Shown here in pieces: positions 35,442 through 48,035 of a stretch of 64,000 bases of DNA. The stretch covers positions 3,534,001 to 3,598,000 of the forward strand of contig CM075988.1 of assembly GCA_038087875.1 (NCBI GenBank). Direction: 5' to 3'. A program made the translations under genes and the position numbers. This stretch comes from Malacoraja senta. Its lineage: Eukaryota. The notes beneath the pieces were generated by a model that was given only the letters and a program-made list of their open reading frames with translations, was not told the DNA's origin and made no database searches. The stretch's first letter is position 1. Every line of letters begins with the position of its first letter.

Positions 35442-36132
35442 AGTGGTAGGTAGATTGTTGTGTCCAATTCCCATTCACCAGGTAGAGAGGTACTGCCTGT
35501 CAACTCGTGGGTAATATTGTGTGGAGAAATGATGCCCCCCCTCTGACTGGGGAAAGCAAACTTCGGCAAATATATTACCAGTGTTCTCTTGAGTTATTTT
35601 CGTCATTCCTTTGATGGGAAGACTACACAGGGTCTTGGAAACATTGGGGCACAAAGCCGATTATCCCCTTGGATACAAGAAAGCTGCTCCAGAATCTGGA
35701 AGACCATTATTGGAATATGGGATTGGAGAGCTGTTCAGGCGGAGGACGATAGGTTATCATGGATAGACGCAAGGAACTGCAGATGCCGGTTTACAACAAA
35801 AAGCGCACACAAAGTGCTGGTGTAACTCAGTGGATCAGGCAGCATCTCTGGGGAACGTTAATTGGTCGATATTTTACTTCCTGAAATATCACCCATCCAT
35901 GTTTCCCAGAGACACTGCCTGGCCCGCTGATACTCCAGCCTTTTGTACCTTAGTTTACCTATGTTTTACATCATGTTCGGCACCAACATAGTGGGCCGAA
36001 TGGCCTGTTCCTGTGCTGTACTGTTCTATGTTCAAAAGAGGACAGTTCTAACTATTTATTAAGTGCCCTGCTCTTAGTGTCAAATCTCTCAAAGCATGGG
36101 TAATGATATACCGTTGAAGTGCGGAATAGTTG

Positions 36133-36432
36133 TTTAGTTTAGAGATACAGTGCGGAAACAGGACCACCGGGTCCTCACCGACCAGCGATCCCCGCACATT
36201 AACACAATCCTACACACACCATGGACAATTTCACAGTTACAGCAAGCCAATTAACCTACAAACCTGTACGTCTTAGGAGTGTGGGGGGGAAAGCGAAGAT
36301 CTCGGAGAGAGCCCACTTGGTCATGGGGAAAAACGTACAAACTCCACACGTACAAGCACCCGTAGTCAGGATAAAACCAGGGTCTCTGGCGCTGTAAGGC
36401 AGTAACTCTACTGCTGCGCCATCGTGCCACCC
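36133..36432 (-). mobile_element. HE1/V-SINE-like SINE
   Basis: Head, core and tail on the minus strand. Confidence 0.85.
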
Positions 36433-36694
36433 ATCGTGTGTTCAAAACAGAAATAAACATCAGCTTGTGAACAACAAGCTCCCACAAGCTGATATTTAAC
36501 CTGGTCAACAGTCGATTTAATTGAACATAGAACACAGAACAGTACAGCAGCAGGACAGGCCCTTCGGCCCACGATGTCTGTGCCGAACATGATGCCAAGA
36601 CCACCACTTATCTATCGGCACATACCCATATCCACATCCATATGCCTATTCAAAAGTCTATTAAATGCCACTATAGTATCTGCCTCCACCTCCA

Positions 36695-36785
36695 ACGATA
36701 GACACAAAATGTGGAGTAACTCAGCGGGACAGGCAACATCTCTGGAGAGAAGGAATGGGTGGTGTTTCGGGTCGAGACCCTTCTT
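36695..36785 (-). mobile_element. Single-arm hammerhead/pLTR mini-element with 11-bp TSD, inside a CR1 tail
   Basis: ctccacctcca at 36684-36694 and 36786-36796. Confidence 0.8.
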
Positions 36786-37609
36786 CTCCACCTCCATATC
36801 CGGCAGCACGTTCCAGGGACATCACCCTTAATGTAAAAAACTTGCCCCGCACCTCCCCTTTAAACGTTTCCCCTCTCACCTTAACATATCCAGATGAATA
36901 TTAACCCCTTTCCATTTGGGTTAGTGTTGTGAAAACCTTATTGCATTCCCACTGTTTTTTTTTAAAATATTCCACATAAGTAATTTATTAACTTTATACA
37001 ATTGGGAATATTTTGTGTGGGATTTCGGGCCTCACTGTTGCACAGGCCGAGATTTTAGTGTTACAAGTGAGGTGTCTGGAACTGATGGGCTTAGTGGCGG
37101 AAGCAAGAGGGACAGGCTTTCTGCACAGGTTCTATCTTTGTGTACAATGTTGGCAGTCTGCCCCGGTTACACAATATTATGTGCGGGTTTTGTTGGTTTC
37201 TGTAAGTTGCCCCTAGTGTGCAGGGAGTGGATGGGAGAGTGGAGGTAATATAGAACTAGTGTGAAGGAGTGGTCGATGGTCAGCATGGACTCAGTGGGCC
37301 GAAGGGCCTGTTTCTGCGCTGCGCCTCTGAACTGTTGGGTCAGGTTGTGGCCAGTGTTGGTTGGGTGGTGTGGACAGCAATGAGAGGGCGGGCCCCAAGG
37401 TCAACTGGTGGAAGTGTGGGGACACTGAACCAGTGTTGTCAGGGTCAGGGTCAGATGTAGGGGGACAGGGTCAAGGTTAGGGTGGGAGGGGAGGGGGTGG
37501 AACAGGAGTGAAGAGCAACAGATGAATGGATTTCACTTTGGGGGGGAAATTCATTCCTTCTGTTGGTGGAGGAATTTGAATTTAAGGACTGGGAGTGTAG
37601 CCTGGCGTC

Positions 37610-37875
37610 AGGGAGGGGGAGGGGTGATGGGGTCAGTGTGGGGGAGGTGAGGAGGTCAATGTGGGGGAGGGGAGGGGGTCAGGGTAGGGGAGGGGTCACG
37701 GTGGGGAAGGGGTCAGGGTGGGGGAGGGGTGTGGAGTCAGTGTGGGGTGAGGGGTCAGGGTGGGGAAGGGGATGGGGTCAGTGTGGGGGAGGGGTCAGTG
37801 TGGGGTGAGGGGTCAGGGTGGGGGATGGGGTCAGTGTGGGGTCAGGGGTCAGGGTGGGGGAAGCGGGTGGTGTCA
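37610..37875. repeat. G-rich minisatellite (GGGGTCAGTGTGGGGGA-like)
   Basis: Repeated G4-5 runs separated by TCAG/TGA spacers. Confidence 0.85.
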
Positions 37876-39139
37876 GGTTGGGGGAGTGGTGAGCAGAGTG
37901 GGTCAATGGGGAGTGGGGTGAACACTGTCCCTTGAAGTTACGCAGGTGTGGGTGACGCTGTTCCATTGAGCCTCCCTGATGGACAATGGTCAATGAGAGC
38001 CACGGCTGCTGGTACTGTACAGGGCTGGCCCCGAGACTGGGCCTCAGGAGGCACAGTCCAGCCACTTGCCCAGTGAGTGTCCACTGGCATCACACAGACA
38101 GCAGTGTACACTGGGACCATCCACAGTGTGCACTGGCACTGTCCGTAGAGAGCACTGGCATTGTCCAGTGCACTGGCACTACTTGGAGAGAGCACTGGCA
38201 CCACCCACAGTGTACACTGGCAATATTCTCCCTCAAAAATGAACAATTCTATTTAAAATGACGGCAGCAATGATTGTGAGCAAGGTATCATCAGCAAAGA
38301 GCACTGTGTGTTGTGTGTGGACATTGCGGTGCCTAATCTATTGACCAGGGTCGGGGACCAGTGTGGAGATGAGGGGGTGGTGTACCAGACCAGTGGTGCT
38401 GCACCACGCTGGGACATGTACCACGGGCCCACCGAGACTGATCAGGTAGCAGCGACGGCAAACAAACAACTTGCTGTGGGGGGGGGGGGGGGGGGGGGGT
38501 GAGAACAAGACTCTAAACTCTGTGAAACACTGGCAATGAGATTAAAAATGATATTTACATCTTTTGTACACTTTTCAAACCTCGTGTGGCCGACATCCCG
38601 CCTGCCATCTCTACGATTCCTGCCTGTGACAGGGGTTCGCCATTTGTCGTTCCAGCAGTATCTAGACTTTGACTTTCAAAGGAGATGTGGTGCAAGGAGT
38701 ATTGGAATGGACAGCGGGGGAGTCAGTGTGAGCGCTCTGTGTCAGAGCCCCGTGGGTGTGGAGTTAGAGGAGACCAGCGGACAGATACGGGGAAAGAGAA
38801 TGCGGAGATCACAGACTCGGTCTGCATCTCACCGGGGTCGGGGCCCAGGGTTGGAGAGGACCAGGGTGCGAGGGGCAGGGGTGGTGCCTGTCCACAAATG
38901 CTCCCGGTCACGGGACCAACACAGAGTGTGTGCGTGGGGTTGTACGGGTCTGTATCTGTGGGTGGAAGGGGCTGGGGGGTCACAGAGGTCAATGTTTTCT
39001 CTGGAGGGACAGGGGTAATCGGGGTTGGTGTTTTGAGGGTTGGAGAACCAGGGTTTGCAGGAGTCAGTGTCTGAGTTTGAGTGTTTGTAGAACAGGTTGT
39101 CATGGGGCCACAGCGGGCAGTGTCTGAGTGGAAGGATGA

Positions 39140-39445
39140 GTGGTCTGTGAGTGTGTGTGTGTGAGAGTGTGTGTGTGTGAGAAAGTATGTGTGTGAGAGA
39201 GTGTGTGTGAGATAGTGTGTGTGTGAGTGTGAGAGTGTGTGTGAGATAATGTGTGTGTGTGTGTGAGAGAGAGTGTGTGTGAGAGTGTGTGTGGGTTTGT
39301 ATGTGAGGGAGAGTGCGTGTGAGTGTGTGTGCGAGAGAGACTGAGTGTGAGAGAGTGAGTGTGAGAGTGTGTTTGTATGAAATTGTACATGTGTGGGTTT
39401 GTATGTGTGAGACTGTGTTAGTGTGTGAGAGAGAGTGTGTGTGAG
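39140..39445. repeat. Compound (TG)n/(GA)n microsatellite
   Basis: Directly visible. Confidence 0.95.
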
Positions 39446-39869
39446 GATTTGTGTGGAAGGGACCAGTGTCACAGGGGTCTGAGGGTGGGGGGTCAGGGGT
39501 CAGTAACTGGGCATGGAGGGGTCAGTAACGGGGCATGGAAGGGTGAGGGGTCCCTGTGTTACTGGGCTGATATACGACCACCTGTGTCCCAGTGCAGCAG
39601 TGCCTATTCCACATGTCACGGCGCCGTGAGGGGGAGCAGGCATGTGTCCGTGTGGACCTCTCCCTGGTCACCGTGCGGGGGGAGGGAGCTGGGAGGGGGC
39701 ACAGCATGGGGGACAACAGAGGGATGGGAGACAGCTATGGCTGGCCATTCAGTGCAGGACTTCACACTCGAGGGGGTAGGAAGACCTAGAAAACACTGAA
39801 GCCCCTCGAGGTTTCACAGAGGTTGAGCCTCAGGCTGCGGAGGTCAGACCGTGCGTCCGGGACCCGCTC

Positions 39870-40500
39870 ACTCTTCACACACGGAGGCTGCACGGCCGAA
39901 CAAACACAACTTCACCGCAGTTACTGGGCGAACGTTCTTCAGTCTGTCAGCGTTGACCTTCATGAGGCCACAAAGATGGCAGCTCGGCTCAGAAGGTGGA
40001 CATCGGTCCACGGCGCATAGATGACGGAAGGGTCTCCTGCCCAGAAGCCCAGGCACGGACCACCCTGGTTGGAGACAGCACCTTCGTGGGGGTATTTCGT
40101 GACCAGTGTGTGGCTCTGGGTTGTCGCTTGACCCAACACGTTGCCTGCTTTCACTTGGAGAAGGACCTCGACACAAAGTGCTGGAGTAACTCAGCGGGTC
40201 AGGCGGCATCTCTGGAGAGAAAAGATGGGCGGCCTTTCGGGTCGGGAGCCTTCTTCAAACGCCGACCCACCCACGTTCTCCGGAGATATTGCTGAGTTAC
40301 TCCAGCACTTGGTGTCCACGACCAACTCCAGAATGTCTGTGTCTATCTTCGGTATAAACCAGCATCTGCCATTTCTTTGTGAGAAGTTCTGGAGCAGTTT
40401 GGTTTCCCGTCCTCCACCATGCTTCGAGATGCCGAGGAATGATCTGCGGTTGACGGTGACACCTCCATCCCGTCAGCGATGGGTCCAGACCAGAGATGGA
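39870..40500 (-). mobile_element. Very old Tx1-clade LINE remnant, split by a palindromic pLTR element (40170-40378)
   Basis: Weak similarity to WTDR...VTV..D..K.LG.W and RA.IF...RS motifs of Tx1 ORF2. Confidence 0.35.
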
Positions 40501-40782
40501 GGAGGAGCAGAGCCTGTGGTTAGTGAGGGCCGGGGGCTCCTTGGTGGAGGGTAAGGGGGGGGGGGGGTTGTCAATGGAAGGGGGAGGGCTGTTGGCCAAG
40601 TGAGGTGGGGCAGTGGAGTTGTGGGAGGGGGGGAGAGGGTGGCCTGGAAGAACATGACCTGGGATGATCCCACCTTTAGACCCCCATCTCCAGGGCCAGA
40701 AGCTGCAGCTGTGTGGAGGTGTGGGGGTGGGGGTGGGGAGGAGGGCGGGGAAGCGCGGTGTTGGAGGAGGGGGGGGGGGTCT

Positions 40783-41223
40783 CTAGACGTGGGTCTGCAT
40801 TCTCCTCTGCAGTGGGCGAGTTAAGTCTGAGTTCTGGGAGGAGGAGTGGGAGTAGTGGGAGGAGGCGGACGCCTTGCTGGCCTCGTCGAACTGGACGGAG
40901 CTGTCCTGCTTGCTGGTGCTGCTGATGCTGCTGTTGCACTGGTTGTCCAGGAAGGAGTTGCTGTCGCTCATGGAGCCTCGCTGGTACTCCCGCTCACACA
41001 GCTCGATGGAGCTGCTGCCGTTGCCCAGCACAAAGCGCTGCCCGTACTCGTACATGCGGTTGGCCGCGCTCAGCTGCGTGTACAGGGTGGAGAAGGACAT
41101 GCCCGTGGGCACACGCTGCTTGGCAGGAGGACGCTGGTCGGCCGGGCACACCGCCGTGCCGCTCCCACCGGCTGCACGCAGCTCGGGGAAGGTGTGGACG
41201 CTGTAGTAGCCGTTGGTGGGATC
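40783..41223 (-). CDS. KIRREL3: KIRREL3(-like) last coding exon, cytoplasmic tail with PDZ-binding motif
   Basis: DPTNGYYSV...[10 protein letters not shown]...[26 protein letters not shown]...[10 protein letters not shown]; acceptor ttgccttgcAG at 41224-41225; phase 0. Confidence 0.93.
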   Translation of the reverse strand, partial: DPTNGYYSVHTFPELRAAGGSGTAVCPADQRPPAKQRVPTGMSFSTLYTQLSAANRMYEYGQRFVLGNGSSSIELCEREYQRGSMSDSNSFLDNQCNSSISSTSKQDSSVQFDEASKASASSHYSHSSSQNSDLTRPLQRRMQTHV

Positions 41224-41262
41224 CTGCAAGGCAAAGCACTGGTTCAGGTAGGCAAGGGATGG

Positions 41263-41728
41263 TTTAGTTTAGTTTAGTTCACAGATACAACGCGGAAACT
41301 GGCCCTTTGGCCCACAACTGGCGATCCCCGCACATCAACACTACCCTACACACACTAGGGACAATTGTTACATTTATAACAAGCCAATTAACCTACAAAC
41401 CTGTACGTCTTTGGAGTGTGGGAGGAAACCGAAGATCATAAGATCATAAGTTTTAGGAACAGAATTAGGCCATTCAGCCCATCAAGTCTACTCCGCCATT
41501 CTATCATGGCTGATCTATCTCTCCCTCCTAACCCCATTCTCCTGCCTTCTCCCCATAACCCCTGACCCCAGTAGATCCCTGTAGACACCCATGGAGACAC
41601 ATCTGTGACTCCAGATCTCTGGGAAAACCCACGCAGGTGACGGGGAGAACGTACAGACAGCACCTGTAGTCAGGATCGAACCCGGGTCTCTGGCGCTGTA
41701 AAGCAGCAACTCCACCGCCGTGCCACCG
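41263..41728 (-). mobile_element. HE1/V-SINE-like SINE interrupted by a CR1 tail (about 41437-41575)
   Basis: SINE tail and head on either side of a CR1 3' end. Confidence 0.8.
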
Positions 41729-41915
41729 TGCGGCCCCAGAGCAGGAACGCAGTCCCCACTACCACAGTCGAGTATCCAGCATTTGCGAACCGCAGGTGGC
41801 AGCCCACGCTAAAGTGCAATGGGATGCCTCATCCGGCGTGGTCGACCATTGTGACCACCGATACTACCCTGCTACGTGAGTATGGCTCAAACATCTCACT
41901 GTACCTCGATACACA

Positions 41916-42130
41916 GGTGGTGGCACGGTGGTGGTGGCACGGTGGTGGCACGGTGGCGGCACGGTGGCGGCACGGTGGCGGCACGGTGGTGGTGGCACGG
42001 TGGTGGTGGCACGGTGGTGGTGGCACGGTGGTGGTGGCACGGTGGTGGCGGCACAGGTGGTGGCACGGTGGTGGCACGTGGCGGCACGGTGGTGGTGGCA
42101 CGGTGGTGGTGGCACGGTAGCGGCACGGTG
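41916..42130 (+). repeat. (GGT)nGGCAC tandem array fused to a SINE head
   Basis: About 18 units of 8-14 bp running directly into GGTGGCGCAGCGGTAGAG. Confidence 0.9.
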
Positions 42131-42432
42131 GCGCAGCGGTAGAGTTGCGGCACCGCAGGTCCGGGTTCGATCCCGATCTGTACGGAGTTTGAACGTTCTC
42201 CCCGTGAACGTGTGGGTTTCTCCGAGATCTTCGATTTTCTCCCACACTCCAAAGAATTACAGGTACAGGATGTCGGTAAATTGCATTGGTAAATATAAAA
42301 ATTGTCCCTAGTGTGTGTAGGATGGTGTTAATATGCGGGAATCGCTGGTCGGTGCGGACTGGTTGGGCCGAAGGGCCTGTTTCCGTACTATATCTCTAAA
42401 CTAAAACTAAACACATGACCAATAAACTAAAC
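42120..42432 (+). mobile_element. HE1/V-SINE-like SINE
   Basis: A/B boxes, core, tail. Confidence 0.85.
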
Positions 42433-42632
42433 TCAAGGTACACGGTGAGTGAGCATCACATCTGTACTGCAAATCAAATCCGCTTTAAAAAAGGTAGGCA
42501 GGAAGGCTCAAAGATCCCTTTGTTATTCACACAGAGGGTGGCGGGTGTATAGAATGAGCTGCCGGAGGAGGTAGTTGAGGCATGGATTATCGTCAACATT
42601 CGAGAAGCAATTAGACAGGTACATGGATAGGA

Positions 42633-43102
42633 CACAAAAGCTGGAGTAAGTCAGCGGGACAGGCAGCATCTCTGGAGAGAAGGAATGAGTGACGTTTCGG
42701 TAGAGACCCTTCTTCAGAATGAGGGTCAGGGTAGAGGGAGACTAGAGATATGGAAGGGTAAGGTGTGAAAATGACATATCAAAGCAGAATGGTTAAGGAA
42801 GTGTAGAGTGGTTGATTGTTGGCTGTGGGGAAGGTGACAAGGGGGTGACAGTAAAATTAATCAGGAGGACAGTGAAACTAGTCGGAGAACTAGGATGGGG
42901 GGGGGGGGGGCGGGGACGGAGAGAGAGGGAAAGCAATGGTTACTTAAAATTAGAGAAATCAATATTCATACCACTGGGCTGTAAGCCACCCAAGCAAAAT
43001 ATGAGATGCTGTTCCTCCAAATTGCGTTTGGCCTCACTCTGACAGAGAGGCGGACTGAGTGGAGGTGTTCAGCGAAACGATCACTGAGCCGGCGCTTGGT
43101 CT
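42633..43102 (-). mobile_element. Penelope 3' fragment (GIY-YIG C-terminus, pLTR, hammerhead) inserted in CR1
   Basis: KTKRRLSDRFAEHL...LEEQHLIFCLG; CTGAAGAAGGGTCTCTACCGAAACGTC; tggatagga repeated at both ends. Confidence 0.85.
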
Positions 43103-43139
43103 TGGATAGGATAGGTTTAGAGCGATATGGGCCAAATTG

Positions 43140-44250
43140 TGGGATAGTCCCAGCCTCAACTACCTCCTCTGGCAGCTTGTTCCACACACCCACCACTTTT
43201 TTGTTGAAAAGTTACCCCTCAGATTTCCTATTAAATATTTCCCCCTTCACCTTGAACCTCTTCCCCAGCCCATTCTGGGCTCCATCCTTCCTTGGTGATC
43301 TTTTGCCAGCCCTGATCCAATCCAAGTCTGTCCAAACTATCCCGATAGCTAATACCACGCTAACCCAGACATGATTTTGGTAAACCTCCTCTGTACCTAT
43401 TCCAAAGCCTCCACCTGCAACCTGTAATGGGGTGACTAGAATTGTACACAATACTCCAAATGTGGCCTAACCAAAATCCTATAAAGCTGTGTCATGACTT
43501 CCTGACTCTTATACTCAACACCTATGAAAGCAAGCATAACATACGCCTTCTTTACCACTCTATCTGCTTGCGTTGCCACCTTCAGGGAGTTATGGACTTG
43601 GACCAAGACCCCTCTACACATCAATGTTGTTCAGGGTCAGTTCAATAGCTCTATAGCTCAAATCACCTCAAAGAGTGTCACAAACAAGCAAAGTACATCT
43701 CCAGTGCAATTGGCGCAGTAACTTATGGTACTGTGTACAGTTCTCGTCGCCCCAATACAGGAAGAATGTGGAGACTTTGGAAACAAAGCCGCAGAGATTC
43801 ACCGGAAAGATACCTGTATTGGAAAGTATTAGCTCCAGGGAGAGGTTGGAATGACTTGGATTATTTCTCTGGAATGCCAGAAGTTGAGGGGAGACCCAAT
43901 GGAAGTATGTGAAATTATGAGAGGCATAGACAGGGTAGAGAGTCAGAACCTTTTTCTCAGAGTGGAGATATCAAATACTAGAGGGCATAGCTTTAAGGTG
44001 AGAAGGGCAACGTTTAAAGGAGAAGTGTGGGGCAGGTTTTATACACAGAGTGTGCCTGAAACTCGCTGCCACGGGTGGTGGTGGAGGCAGATATATGATG
44101 GGAGTGTTTAAAAGGGTTTTGGATAGGCACATGGATAGGCAGGGAATGGGGGTGGGGGGGTGGGGGGATTTGGACCATGTGCAGGCAGAGGAGATTAGCT
44201 TATCTTGCCATTATGTTCAGCATAGATATTTTGGGCTGAAGGGCCTGTTC
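43140..44250. mobile_element. Cluster of CR1 3' fragments in both orientations
   Basis: RPHLEYCVQF on minus; LRGD...IMRGIDRV...TRGH on plus. Confidence 0.8.
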
Positions 44251-44252
44251 CT

Positions 44253-44551
44253 TTAGAGTTTGGAGATACAGCGCGGAATCAGGCCCTTCGGCCCACAGAG
44301 TTCATGCCGACAAGCAATCACCTACTAGCGTACACTAGCATTATCCTACACACTAGGGACAAGTTACAATTTTTACCAAAGCCAATTAACCTACAAACCT
44401 GTACGTCTTTGGAGTGTGGGAGGAAACCAGAGCACCCAGAGAAAACCCACAATGTCACAGGGAGAACATACAAACTCCATACAGACAGCACCCGTAGTCA
44501 GGATCAAACCCGAGTCTCTGGCGCTGTAAGGCAGCAACTCTACCACTGCGT
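44253..44551 (-). mobile_element. HE1/V-SINE-like SINE
   Basis: Head, core, tail. Confidence 0.85.
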
Positions 44552-44969
44552 CTCCATGCGGTCCTGTGTAGTATTGCTCTATGTTCTATGAAACAGACAA
44601 CCTGTGTGAGAGTGGATGCCTCAAACTGCAATGGTGGGATGACCAGATCATTGACCTTGGCACAAAATCCTGGAGTAACTCAACGGGACAGGCAGCATCA
44701 CCGGATAGAAGAATGGATGTTTGTTTCGGGTTGAGTCCCTTCTTCAGACTGGACCTGAAACATTTACCCGTTCCTTCTGCCCAGAGATGCTGCCTGTCCC
44801 GCTGAGTCACTCCAACATTTTTGTGCCTATCTTTGGTGTAAACCAGCATCTGCAGTTCCTTCCTACACAGATAATTCACCTTGCTCCTCTGGTTCTCATT
44901 CATCTCCAATCACCTCTCCTCCAGCCAGATCAGTGATCATTGACAAGCCTTCCTGAGTGATTTTAGCAT

Positions 44970-46140
44970 AGTCATAGAGTGATACAGTGTGGAAACAGGC
45001 TCTTTGCCCAACCTGCCCACACTAGCCATCATGTCCCAGGTACACTAGTCCCACCTGGACGTGTTTGGTCCATATCCCTCCAAACCTGTCCTATCCATGT
45101 ACCTGTTTCTTAAATATTGGGATAGTCCCAGCCTCAACTACCTTCTGTGGCAGCTTGTTCCATACACCCACCACCTCACCCTCAAATTCCCATTACATCT
45201 TTTCCCCTTCACCTTAAACCTACAGTATGTCCTCTTGTCCTTGATTCCCCTACTCTGGGCAAGAGATTCTGTGCATCTACCCGATCTATTCCTCTCGTGA
45301 TTTTATACACCTCTATAAGATCACACCTCATCCTTTTACGCTCCATGGAATAGAGCCCCAGCCAACTCAACCTCTCCCTATAGCTCACACCCTCTAGACC
45401 TGGCCATATCATTGTATATCTCTGCACTCTTTCCAGCTTGACAACATCTTTCCTATAACATGATGCCAAGAACTGAACACCTGTAGTCAGAATTGATCCC
45501 GGGTCCCTGACGCTGTGAGGCAGCAGCTCTACCAGCTACACCACTGTCCCACCCTGCCGCTGCTTGGCTTTGACCCAACGTTTAATCGCACACAAACTGA
45601 TATTGTTCTGGTCATGTCAATAGAACAGATTATCTTCCCATTATTTTGTTGCTGCCTCTGGACTGTTATAGAGTCACACAGCACAGAAACAGGCCATTCT
45701 GCCCATCCCATTCATGTGAACCAAAATGCTCTATTTAAGCTAGTCCCATCTGCACATGTTTGGCCCATATCCCTCCTATCCTTTCCTATGCATGTACCTG
45801 TCCAAAAGTATTTTAAATGTTGTTGTAGTCCCTGCTTCAACCACCTCCTCTGGCAGCTCGTTCCATACACCCACCAGCTCTGTGTGAAAAAGCTGCTCCT
45901 CAGATTCCTATTAAATCTTTCCCCTCTCACTTTCAACTCATGCCCTCGTGCTGGATTCCCATATCCAGGGGTAAACAAAATTGCATTCACCCTATTTATC
46001 CCCCTCATCTTTTTATACACCTCTATAAGATCACCTCTCACCCTCCAAGGAACAAGGTCTCAGCCTCCTCAATCTTTCCCTATAGCCCTGGCCCTCGAGC
46101 CCTGGCAACATCCTTGGAAATCTCTGCACCCTTTGTAGCT
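44970..46140 (-). mobile_element. Two CR1 3' fragments
   Basis: LERVQR...GLEGVSYRERL..LGLYS.E..R and RGDLIEVYK...RGHELKVRG. Confidence 0.85.
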
Positions 46141-46386
46141 TAATGTCTCTTTCTGTGCCTGGACTGAGAGAGGGCTCCATTCGAGGCATGGACAATGTGT
46201 TGAATGTTCGACTCCTTCACAACAGTATATCGGCCCACAATGACGCCAAGCTAAGCTCTGTCTGCACGTGATCCATATCCCTCTATTTCCTGCATATCCA
46301 TGTTCCTATTCAAAACCCTCTTAAATGTCACTGTCATATATCTACCTCCACCACCAACCCTGGCAACACGTTCCAGGTCCCCATCG

Positions 46387-47070
46387 GCGGCACGGTGGCG
46401 CAGCGGTAGAGTTGCTGACTTTCAGCGCCAGAGACCCGGGTTCAATAGACAATAGACGATAGACAATAGGTGCAGGAGTAGGCCATTCGGCCCTTCGAGC
46501 CAGCACCACCATTCAATGTGATCTTGGCTGATCATCCACAATCAGTACCCCGTTCCTCCTTCTCCCCATATCCCCTGAATCCGCTATCTTTAAGAGCCCT
46601 ATCTAGCTCTCTCTTGAAAGTATCCAGAGAACCGGCCTCCACCGCCCACTCAGGCAGAGAATTCCACAGTCTCACAAATCTCTGTGTGAAAAAGTGTTTC
46701 CTCATCTCCGTTCTAAATGGCTTACCCTTATTCTTAAACTGTGCCCCCTGGTTCTGGACTCCTCCAACATCAGGAACCTGCCTCTAGCGTGTCCAAACCC
46801 TTAATAATTTTATATGTTTCAATGAGATCTCCTCTCATCCTTCTAAAGGCTCGATCCTGACTATGGGTGCTGTCTGTACGGAGTTTGTACGTTTTCCCCT
46901 GACCTGCATAGGTTTTCTCCGGGATCTTTGGTTTCCTTCCACACTCCAAAGACATACAGGTTTGCAGGCTAATTGGCTTGGTTTAAAGTGTAAATTGTCC
47001 CTAGTGTGTGTAGAATAGTGTTAATGTGTGGGGATCGCTGGTTTCCGTGCAGTATTTCTAAACTGAACTA
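46387..47070 (+). mobile_element. SINE split at its B box by an antisense CR1 fragment (46446-46848)
   Basis: Head ends gggttcaa and resumes at ggctcgatcctgactatggg. Confidence 0.8.
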
Positions 47071-47318
47071 AAAATATCACTGTGTGATGAACTTCCCCGC
47101 ATATCTGCTTTAAATGTTGTCTCTCTCATCTTAACGCAATGCCCTCTAGTGGTGGACATTTCCACCCTGAGAAAATGTTTCTGATTGTTTACCCAGTCTA
47201 TGCCTCTCAAAATATTGTAGACTTCTGTCAGGTCTCCCCTCAGCCCTCGACATTGCAGAGAAAACAATCCAAAGTCTGTCCAACCTCTCCCTGTAGCCGA
47301 CACCCCCTAATCCAGTAT

Positions 47319-47535
47319 GTGTAGGAAGGAACTGCAAATGCAGGTTTACCCCGAAGATAGACACAAAATGCTGGAGTAACTCAGCGGGACAGGCAGCATC
47401 TCTGAAGAAAAGGAATATGTGACGTTTCGGTTTGAGACCCTCAGTCTGAAAAAGGGTCTCGACCTGAAACTTCACCTATTCCTTTTCTCCAGAGATGCTG
47501 CCTGTCCCGCTGAGTAACTCCAGCTTTTTGTGTTT
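47319..47535. mobile_element. Palindromic hammerhead/pLTR mini-element
   Basis: Arms centred on tcagtctga. Confidence 0.8.
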
Positions 47536-47948
47536 ACCCCTTGACCCAGTCTCCCCTCAACCTCTGCAGTTCCAGCGTGTTTACTGTAAAATATTTCATG
47601 ATTTCATATTTAAGGCAGAGATAGATAGATTCTTGATTAGTACGGGTGTCAGAGGTTATGGGGAGAAGGCAGGAGAATGGGGTTAGGAGGGAGAGATAGA
47701 TCAGCCATGATTTAATGATGGGGTAGATTTGATGGGCCGAATGACCTTATTCTACTCCCATCACATGATCTTATGATCTTATGATTCTGCCCCTGGAGAA
47801 ATGCCAATCCCTCATCGTCTCTACCCTTTACCCCTTCCCTGTGCCTGAGGCTGAGGTCCAATGGACCCCAGTGGAGTTTACAACAAAATAACATTGGGAA
47901 CCAAATATACTCAGACAACTGGGAAACAAGAATGTAGAATGGTTGAAC

Positions 47949-48035
47949 CTTGATGTGCTGATATTCCTTCTCTTCTTCCTTGAGGACTTCCAGCTGTTTC
48001 AACACAGGGTCCTGCTCGAATTCTCCCCTGTTAAT
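47949..48035 (-). CDS. KIRREL3: KIRREL3(-like) penultimate coding exon (87 nt)
   Basis: INRGEFEQDPVLKQLEVLKEEEKEYQHIK; acceptor ttgttcacAG, donor AAG/GTtcaa; phase 0-0, splices in frame to DPTNGYY. Confidence 0.92.

Noticed and set aside
38723..39472. His/Thr-rich 249-aa ORF
   Set aside because: Translation of a (CA)/(CT) microsatellite.
40846..41277. Plus-strand ORFs overlapping the last exon
   Set aside because: Shadow ORFs of a GC-rich coding exon.
41728..42311. Repetitive ORFs (WWHGGG / PPPCHH) or a CRISPR-like array
   Set aside because: Simple tandem repeat without unique spacers, in eukaryotic DNA.
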